A stretch of DNA of 64,000 nucleotides from Camelus ferus (Eukaryota): positions 114,702,001 through 114,766,000 of the forward strand of contig NC_045697.1 in the NCBI RefSeq assembly GCF_009834535.1, written 5' to 3'. Of the stretch, positions 54,722-64,000 are shown piece by piece. The position numbers were made by a program, and so were the translations under genes. The notes beneath the pieces are model-generated. The model saw only the letters and a program-made list of their open reading frames with translations, made no database searches and was not told the DNA's origin. Each line of letters begins with the position of its first letter. Position 1 is the first letter of the stretch.

Positions 54722-56130
54722 AATTTTTCAATTGAGGTACAGTTGATATACATTATTATGTAAGTTTCATGGGTACAAGATAGTGATTCACAATTTTTAA
54801 AGGTTTTACTCCATTTATTATAAAATCTTAGCTATATTCCCTGTGATGTACAATATATCCTGGTAGCTTATTTATTTCTTACATAGTAGTTTGTACTCCT
54901 TAATCCCCTGTCCCTGTCTTGCCTCACCCTCCTTTCTTGTCCCCACTGGTAACCACGAGTTTGTTCTCTATATCAGTGAGTCTGTTTCTCTTTTGTTACA
55001 TTCACTCGTTTGTTTTACTTTTTTAGGTTTGACATATAAGTGATATCATATAATATTTGTCTTTCTCTGTCTGACTTATTTCACTTAGCATAATACCCTC
55101 CAAGTCCATCGTGTTGTTGCAAATGGAAAAAAAAAAAGTCATTCTTTTTCATGGCTGGATTGTCTTTCATTGTATATATACCACATCTCTTTTATCCATT
55201 CATCTGTTGATGGACACTTAGGTTGCTTCCATATCTTGGCTATTGTAAATAATGCTGCTATGAACAGTGGGGTGCATGTATCTTTTTGAATTTTGTGGGG
55301 TTTTTTTCAGATGTATACCCAGGAATGGAATTACTGGATCATAAGGCAGCTCTATTTTTAGTTTTTTGAGAAATCTTCATATAGTTTTCCACAGTGGCTG
55401 CACCAATTTACATTCCCACCAAAAGTGTACAAGGGTTCCCTTTTCTCCACAGCCTCACCAACATTTGTTATTTGTGTTCATTTTGATGATAGCCATTCTG
55501 ATGGATGTGAGATGATACCTCATTGTGGTTTTGATTCGCATTTCTCTGATAATTAAAGACAGTGAGCATGTTTTCATGTGCCTGTTGGACATTCAGTATG
55601 TCTTCTTTGGAACAATGTGTATTCAGGTCTTCTACCCAGTTTTTAATCAGTTGTTTTTTTTGTTTTTTTTTTTTTGATATTGAGTTGTATGAGCCATTTA
55701 CATATTTGGGATATTAACCCTTTATTAGTCATATCATTTGAAGATTTTTTTCCCATTCAGTAGGTTGTCTTTTCATCTTGTCAATGGTTTCCTTTGCTGT
55801 GCAAAAGCATTCAAGTCTAATTATGTCATGGTTGTTTATTTTTGCTTTCATTTCCTTTGCTTTAGGAGACAGATCCAAAAAAAATATTATTATGACTTTT
55901 GTTAAAGAGCGTTCCATGTTTTCTTCTAGGAGTTTTATGGTTTCCAGGCTTACATTCAGATCTTTAATACATTTCATTTTTGTATATCATGTTAGAAAAT
56001 ATTCTGCTTTCATTGTTTTACATGTTGATGTTCGGTTTTCCCAACACCACTTACACCACTTATGGAAAAGACTGTCTTTTATCTATTGTAAATTGTTGCC
56101 TCCTTTGTTATAAATTAATTGACCATAAGT
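54722..56130 (-). mobile_element. L1 LINE, 3'UTR plus decayed ORF2 C-terminal region
   Basis: Minus ORF 55729-55977 (IKDLNV..ETIKLLEEN..FCTAKETI.KMKRQPTEWEK) is L1 ORF2. 3'UTR from 54722. Confidence 0.95.
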
Positions 56131-57807
56131 GGTGGGTGACAAGACTTGTAAGAGAGATCCAGGAGACTTTTCATTTTTAATTGATGTTAGTTGAATAAAA
56201 ACCCTTACCATAGACACCCTTCAGCTTTTTAGAGCTCTGTCTTCTTTTTTGTTTCCTAATATGCAGAATTTCTCTACCTTTTTTTCTGGATTTGTAATCA
56301 TTTTTCAGAAAGATTTCTTGAATATTATAAAGATAGTTCATTTATTTATAAATAACCTTGGGTATGCCCATAATTTTTTGGGAGAGAAATTGTATTCCAT
56401 AGGCATAAAGGAAATCTTATTTCTAGATGATGATATACACATAATAGAGTCCAGAGTATGTTGTAAATTTTTTTTAATATCCCTTTGAGTAAGCTATCAA
56501 CCCACACAAATTCTACCTCCTCTAGACATCAAGGAATCCTCTAACTTTTTCTCTTACCTAAGGTCTTCTGGTATTTTTACACCACAGCTGTCCCTCACCT
56601 ACCTGATCCTGGCTCTCCCACAGTAGACCAGAAGTAGGAATGATGGAAATGTTTGGGTTTTTTTCAGATCCCTTAAAACAATAGTAATACATAATTCTAT
56701 ATGGTGAATTATCATTTCTCTTGTTAATTTGGAACATCTCTTTCAACCAAACCGTTTCCATGATTGTAGGAAGAGAGAACCTGTCTCTTCTCCCCTCATT
56801 ACCAAAGACAACAAGATTTTATTTCCTTTCTTGGTGTCGGTTAGGGCACTGGGGTTAGGAGGAAGTGAGGGAAGTGGACTAAGTTCCTGAAAGAAGGTAG
56901 GTCTTTTAAAGACTCTCCCTGGTGGAATGCTTTGAATAGATTCAAAGTGAGGATACACTTTCTTCCCAGCTTAGGGCGTAGAGACAGCTAGGGAGCACCT
57001 CTCCACGTAGCTTCTATGCACCTGTGGTCGCAGTGGTGATGGTGGGCTATCTCTTCCTAGGATTAATACCACATTTCAGGTCAGAAAAATCTACCGTTGT
57101 GTTTTGGTTTTTTTTGTTTTGTTTTTTGTGATTTCTTCATGGAGTTCCTAGTTCCTAGTTCCTCCTCTTTGGATGCCAAGAATCACATAACCCCGTCTCA
57201 CCAAGCACTTTTATGGAATCACATCACAATCCAGAAGACATTTTGCCACATCTTGACTCTTATCTGTACAGAAGCTGTGGGAGCCACTAGGCTACTAATT
57301 CAGGTGTTTCCACCGACCTTTTCCCACGTGATCCACTGGTAAAGTGAGAGGCGTAAGGTTAGGAAGAGAGCCAGACTCTCCTTAGCCCAGTTTTGAGCAC
57401 AGCAGGGGGAAATGAGCACGGTTGTTAGGGTCAAATTTGGAGGTAGGTAGGGTGGATCGGCACCACAACCCTCCATTTCCTGACTTTGTTAGACAGACTC
57501 CTCCTCATATTCAGTCTGTAAAGTCCAGCTAGTTAGACTTTAACTTAGGAATACGGATGACTCTTGCTAACTCTAACACTTTGGGAAAATACAAATGCTC
57601 AAAATCTTCATTTTTATCAGAATAGGTGCAAGTCATGAAGCTATAAAGAGGAAATGCATTTTTCGTCCCACCTTCAACACATCGGAAGGCTTGCATTTTA
57701 TCCTAGACCGATGTTGTGCAGTTCTGAAGTCTCTTCAAAGAAAGGGAAAGAAGAGTGTTGATGCATTCTAATTCTAGCAGCTTTTTAGTCTGAAAATATT
57801 AAAAAAA

Positions 57808-58190
57808 ATTTTTTTATTGAAGTTTAGTTGATTTACAATGTTGTGTTAGTTTCAGGTTACAGCAGAGAGATTCAATTACATATATACATATATATATATA
57901 TATTCTTTTTCAGATTCTTTTCCATTATAGATTATTACAGGATATTAAATATACTTCCCTGTGCTGTACAGGACCTTGTGGTTTATTTATTTTATGTACA
58001 GTAATGTGTATCTGTTAATCCCAAACTCTTAATTTATCCTTCCCTGCAAACCCCCTGTAACCATAAGCTTGTTTTCTATGTCTGAGTCAGTTTCTGTTAT
58101 GTAAATAAGTTAATTTGTATCATTTTTTAAAATTCTATATATAAGTGATATTGTATGATATTCATATTTCTCTGTCTGACTTACTCACTA
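57808..58190 (-). mobile_element. L1 3'UTR fragment
   Basis: 'ttttattgaagtttagttgatttacaatgttgtgttagtttcagg' through 'tctctgtctgacttactcacta'. Confidence 0.9.
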
Positions 58191-59134
58191 AAGAGCCTAT
58201 TGTGGTGTGAAAAACTTTCCTCTGAATGAAACTTTGATTTTTTGCCTGAATATCCACAAACACTCAAGATCAGAAGAACTACATCCTGATCTCTCCACTT
58301 TCTGTTCTTCCTAAACATATCCAAAGCCATCTGCATAATCACTGGGGTCACAGGATAATTTTTTGGAAAGAATACCCATATCTTTCTCAGCCCATTTAAA
58401 GAGCATAGTATAAATCTGTAAAATACTCCATTAATTACTAATCATTCCTTTGGCTCCTTCAGCATATCTCTTGTGTTCTTGTATTCATGGGGAATATTCC
58501 CACATTTAAAATTGCACATTTCAAACTTCCTTCCAGATGTTCCCCCCCATGCACAAGTCCATTACTCTCTTCAGTTCTAATTTTTTCCCACTGACCACTG
58601 CACCAAACTGTAACCCCCCCGGTCTAAGGGAGCCTTCATTCCCATCTGCAGTGTGGAGGGTTATGTAATTTATATCAGTTATAGCTGTAGACACAGACTG
58701 TCAGGCTGGGTTCTTTGAAGGCTTGGGTTGGTTCCTCTGTTGCTCAACCTGCATCCCACTCATGCAGAGGGGAAGAATACTTTTTCTGGTGGTGTCACAG
58801 TCAATTATTTGAAGACCAGAAATGACTATGTTGACAGTATTGAGACTTTCGTCTTTTGTCCTGAGCATAGACAGAAGATAAGAAAAGTGACTGGGTACTG
58901 TTTCCTTACCACTGATAAAATAGGAGGTCATCAAATTATGACTTAGTGATAGATATGCTTAAAGAAGGAAATCACCTTGCTATGATACAGCGTAATGGGA
59001 CTGGTTCAGAGTCAGTAAGAAAGTTTAATCCTAGTGCTGTTTAAGGCTCATTGGCTCCAACTGACATATAAAGAAAGGCATTTATCAGCCAATTCCATAT
59101 CCTGGTAGTACAGAAGGGTTCTTAAGTGTCATCT

Positions 59135-60560
59135 AGTGACATGGCAAGACTGAGATGATGGGAGGTATTGTTCCTTGGTGCAGACAACAAGATATCACAC
59201 ACTCCATAGAGAATTCGTGAACAAAAATAAAACCACTGAACATGGTTGGCTTTATATTATCAACATACACTGGTGACTTTAAATAAAGTCAGTGATAAAA
59301 ATAAATGTGTTGTTTTAAAATGCACACATGTATGTACACATACATATGCACAGATACATTTGTGCCTGTGTTTTAAAATAATGGTAAATGTTAAAGAGGG
59401 TGTGGAGAAAAGGGAACCCTCCTACACCGCTGGTGGGAATGTAGTTTGGTGCAGCCGTTGTGGAAAATGGCATGGAGATTCCTCAAAAAACTGAAAGACT
59501 TACCATGTGATCCAGCAATCCCACTTCTGGGTATACATCCAGAGGGAACTCTAATTCAAAAAGATACACGTACCATAATGCTCATAGCAGCACTATATAC
59601 AACAGCCAAGATGTGGACGCAACCTAAATGTCCATCGACAGATGACCGAATAAAGAAGTTGTTGTATATTTATACAATAGAATGCTATTCAGCCATAAAA
59701 AGGTAGTAAATGATGCCATTTGCAGCAATATGGATAGACCTGGAGGTTGTTATTTATTCTAAGTGAAGTAAGCCAGAAAGAGAAAGAAAAATACCACGTG
59801 ATACCACTTAATATGGAATCTGAAAAAAAAAAAAAGGAAAGAAAGAAAAAAGAGGACACTAATGAACTCATCCACAGAACAGAAACTGACTTGCAGACCT
59901 AGTAAACAATCTTGTAGTTACCAAGGGAAAGGGTTTGGAAAGGGAGAAATTTGGGAGTTTGAGATATGCAAATGTTAACCACTATATATATAAATAGATA
60001 AAAAACCAAATTTCTTCTGTGTAGCACAGGGAACTATATTCAGTATCTTGTAATAACCTTTAATGAAAAATAATATGAAAACAAATGCGTATATATATAT
60101 GCATGACTGGGACATTATGCTGTACATCAGAAATTGACACATTATAATTGACTATACTTCAATTTTAATTAATTAATTAACACTTATTTTATTATCATGC
60201 CTTAATAAACACTGTATTTCACATATAATCTTCAAGGAAGTCAGTCTGGAAAATTCCCAGTTATACAATTAATGCTTGAAACACAGATTTGGCTTTTTTA
60301 AGAGTAAACACACTTTTTTGGAGTCAGTGCCTCAAGATTTGCATTTGTTTCAGTTCACTTAAGGCTTAGTATCACCTGCAACCCCTGTGGTGCTACATTT
60401 TCTTGCATTTAAATGGTGGAATTGCAGTAAACAAAAGCACAATGATTACAAAGACAAAGGAACAGAACTTGAGTTGTTTCAATTTTGTCTTTCGCTATGA
60501 CCACTTTCAAGTTGTGTTTAAAGTTTAGGACCATATATCAGATTGTGAATTCTGAAGTAT
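59135..60560 (+). mobile_element. hAT-Tip100 element, MER97-like, split by an L1 insertion
   Basis: 59135-59305 resembles the MER97 left end ('ggtgcagacaacaag','tagagaatt','aataaaacc','gtcagtgataaaa'). Similar-family text appears to resume at about 60180. The right boundary is uncertain. Confidence 0.55.
59384..60180 (+). mobile_element. Lineage L1, 5'-truncated: ORF2 C-terminus plus 3'UTR
   Basis: ORF 59446-59706 has [25 protein letters not shown]. Closely similar to the copy at 21103-21986. Confidence 0.95.
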
Positions 60561-60639
60561 GTTTTTGTTTAGTAAGTGCACAGGTTAGAGCATGTACCTG
60601 TTCTACTTTTTCGTGGGTCTGTAAAGGGGGAGCATGTCT

Positions 60640-60750
60640 GCCTTGTTTGATACTTTATCCCCATAACTTCTCACAATGTCTGCCATACAGCAGATTCTCC
60701 ACAGATAGCTAGTGATTGAATGAATGAATGAACGAACGATAGAATGAGTG
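60640..60750 (+). mobile_element. L2 3' terminus with (TGAA)n tail
   Basis: 'tcacaatgtctgccatacagcag' followed by 'tgaatgaatgaatgaa'. Confidence 0.65.
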
Positions 60751-61144
60751 AGTGCCTCTTAGCTCTTCCCAGTGTCTAGCCTGCTCAAGTAGGACAAAAG
60801 TAACTACAGTGTAGTGCTTGAGTTACGTGACAATTTAAGCTCTTAATTCTTAGTGTGTATCTCATTGTTTTTAGGGAATGAGGCAATTTTACTTTGTGAT
60901 CATGTTGTGGGTAGTGTTTCATGTCAGTAAATACATGGAGAAGAAAACGAACGCTTATTCAGAACTTGTGATTTTCAAGGGATTGTTGGGGTATTTAAAA
61001 TTTATTTTTAATTTTAATTTTCATCATATCTTTAGGAAATAGCTACTTATTACAAATTACAGAACCGAGACTGAGCATTTCAATCTTTAAGTGTTCATAT
61101 TTTTCTTCGGCGATTTTACAACGACATTTTCTGGATTCTACTAG

Positions 61145-61308
61145 GTACAGGCGATGCTCAGAGGACACTGGTAAAGACCAAGCGGTGTCGTGAAGACGCT
61201 GAAAGAAAATCCATCCAGACTTCAGCCAAAGCAGCTGATACACAGTTTGAACTGACAAGCGAAAACTCATCTGAAGAAAGGGACACACCAACTAAACCGT
61301 TTACATGA
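61145..61308 (+). CDS. Candidate terminal coding exon, (G)TGDAQRTLVKTKRCREDAERKSIQTSAKAADTQFELTSENSSEERDTPTKPFT*
   Basis: Moderate acceptor 'cattttctggattctactag|G', then 53 codons open only in phase 1 up to TGA at 61306-61308. Purine-rich with locally retained CpGs, encoding a hydrophilic peptide. Gene not recognised. Confidence 0.35.
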
Positions 61309-64000
61309 GTGTGTGGTGGTGTTTTATCTCCCCATGGCAATGTTGAACACTCCAGACTTAATTTCAAAGCCACTTAATTTTTCTTGGATGAGTTATCTGT
61401 CCTCACATTAATCCTATCCATCCACAGAGATCCTGGAAGAGAAAAAGAGGAGTGAGACGTTCTGAGTGTGTTACAGACTCCAGATGTTTCAAGTAATTAG
61501 CAATGGACTTAAAAACACACGCACGCACAAACACACACACACTGGGAAATATTGATACCCCCTTGGATTCTGGTTTAGTTTTTCACTTCTTTTCTATGTT
61601 CATAACAAAACCAACAAGGAACCAGGGGGAAAAAAAAACAAGTTCTGATCAGAGAAGATTTCTGAATTTATAAGCTTTCATATAAAGAACTTCTAAAGCA
61701 ATGAATTTTCTAAAAGACACCGCCCAAGCACATTTGTGCCATTCATTTCCATGCAATTTGTAAAGTTATTACCTATTTGGAATATTACCCACTTTTCTTC
61801 ATGTACAACATAAAAATTTATGATGGATACCCTTTAAATGTGTATCTAAAAGTACACATTATCATAAAATATGTTTTGTGATGAGAATACACATTGCATC
61901 TTTATTTTTAATTACCTTTCTCTTGGAGATGAACTCAGGAAAATATCAAAGTCAAATGTACCCTATCACAGAAGAATACATCAGGATGACTTGCATGCTA
62001 AATTCAACATTTCCTGTATTAATAATCAGAGTTATTCCTCTACTAAATAACCATGCAGGTCAAAATTCAGGGCTTTTTTTAAATGGAAATGACTATTGAA
62101 TTACACAGTCTATATTCTTTTGCTAATTATTCCAGGATATAGGATTCCACAAAACAGAAATATTTGTAGAGTTTAAAATGTGCCCATTAAGTTCTGAGAA
62201 ATTCCTTTATGTATTTCCTATTGTCTTAGAGGACAGTTATGTTCATATGCTGCAGACGCTAAATGATTCGTAACTGTGCTATCCTAAGATATTCTATTTT
62301 GTGTCATAAAATGAGAAGTAGTATGAAATGAAACTGAGCAGGACAGTCATCTTATGAAAATGACCCTTTCCGTTTAAGTTTGGGAGCTGCAACTTTGAAC
62401 ATAATGTGCAATGTCAGCAAACTTGCAAAGAAATAAGGTTCAAAAGTACATAGAAAACACTAACAGAAAAGAGCAGAATGTTAAGTATTCTTGTTCATTT
62501 TATCTTGTAGTATGTTTACAACCTGTGGTGGAAGTCAGTGTGTGAGGATACATGCTATAGACTAGAGCAAGTGTAATCAAATAGTTGCCAATCCACAAAC
62601 CCTGAATCATGACTCAATCTGCTATCTTCCAGATGGTATCAGAAGCCATCTTCTCAGAGAATGCTCTTTTCACTTCCTTTTTCAGATGGAGAAAAATATC
62701 CCCAAAGTAATGAGGACTTACAGTACCCTCAGATACTAAACTATTATACCGTATTCCTTGTATGTGTCAAATTTAGTTCATGGCAGTAAAGAAGATGGAG
62801 ATCAAACCCATGACAGTCTCTTAGATGCCATGGCCGTCCATCAGGGGCCCATTTATAAGAATGGAAGGTAACCCCAAAGTCAAAGGAGGAAACATAAGTA
62901 GGTTTAGGGGCTCAAGCTAGCTAGCTCTGGACACAAGTGGAATGCCACTCTGAGGAAGATATTTTCATTTCGCTCACAGCATGTGGAATTTTTAATTCTT
63001 GGTAAAAACAGACAAACTTCTTCAGAAAATATTTGGCTGTAGCACTGGGAGATTTGTTTGATGCCCTTGGGTATTTTGGGGACAGTAACTTACCAGGATC
63101 TCTGGGTCACGGAGGAACATGTGGGCAGATTTACATATAGGCTTTTGAAATACAATAAACACAAAGTGTTTACACAAACACAAAGCCTAATAAACACAAA
63201 GTGAGACCCAGCAAACACAAATCAAACACTGGGCTTAATGCTTGTGTGACTGTGTGTTTTCTGAACATAAAAGTAAGACATTCGCATAACGAATTTTAAA
63301 TTATTTAAAAACATAAAAAAGGAAATAAAAAAAGGATCTTAACACCATACAACCCAGAAGTAACCAGTTATTGTATGATACATGGATGTCAAAATGGATA
63401 TATTTTTTCAATTTGCAGTGTTTTACAAGTTTTTAACACACGTAAACTTTTAACTCATTAGAAGGAAGAACAAGAGTGTCCTCTTTATTTTTTCCCATCT
63501 CTCATTATTAATAGTTTATTCTAGAAGCTAATGCGAAATATTTCTCATGATTACTTCATTTATTGATATTACATATTTGATCTACTGACAAAAGATAACA
63601 ATTTATCTTATTAAAATCACTCTGTACACCCTCTTTTATTCCACTTAATGTAAAATAATTCTGTTATTTTCCAACCTCAGCTTATTTGTAATTATATCAA
63701 TTGCAGACCACTTTTAAACATTATCTATCGACATCTTCCTACAAGGTAAGGAAGCACCTGTGCTCTCTTCTGTCCTGAACTTATGTGAGCTATAATTTTA
63801 TAATTTTACTTTTATTTTGACAAGGTTGACAGCAATTTTATTTTGTTCTGCAGCTGCAATTAAGGCTTATGTATTTTGTCTGTTAATACAAAACATAATG
63901 TAACAACACAGAGATTTCACTTCCAAGTATGATCGGGTGAGTTTAGATAGACCCTCCACTGTAAACAATCAAAAAAGGACATAAGGTGAGTTATTATGCA

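Noticed and set aside
62665..62720. Strong acceptor followed by ATG ('ccttttttcag|ATGGAG')
   Set aside because: It resembles the antisense MIR core ('ttttacagatgaggaaa'), the frame closes quickly, and there is no good donor.
1..64000. CRISPR arrays, rRNA genes, operons, CpG-island promoter
   Set aside because: This is mammalian repeat-rich DNA with no regularly spaced repeat-spacer units, no rRNA-like sequence and no CpG island.

Overview
AT-rich, CpG-depleted mammalian genomic DNA that is intronic or intergenic. It is very probably from a camelid (alpaca/camel), because it carries several tRNA-derived SINEs of the camelid vic-1 type and cetartiodactyl-style L1 3' ends and LTRs. A large part of the window is interspersed repeat: old L1M-type fragments, younger lineage L1 3' ends, L2/MIR, MaLR and ERV1 solo LTRs, and Tigger1-, MER112- and MER97-like DNA transposon fossils. 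Repeat family names come from my recall of consensus sequences, not from a search. No complete gene is visible and none of the supplied ORFs is a credible cellular protein; the recognisable ones are decayed L1 ORF2 pieces. The best gene-like signals are a 27-nt microexon with strong splice sites (53124-53150, +) and a phase-compatible candidate terminal coding exon (61145-61308, +). I could not assign either to a gene. Other notable items are an L1 3' transduction with a perfect 18-bp TSD, a twin-primed (5'-inverted) L1, two AG|GTRAG recursive-splice-like junctions on opposite strands, and several dense transcription-factor motif clusters. I found no convincing evidence of a new biological system; the findings are leads to test.
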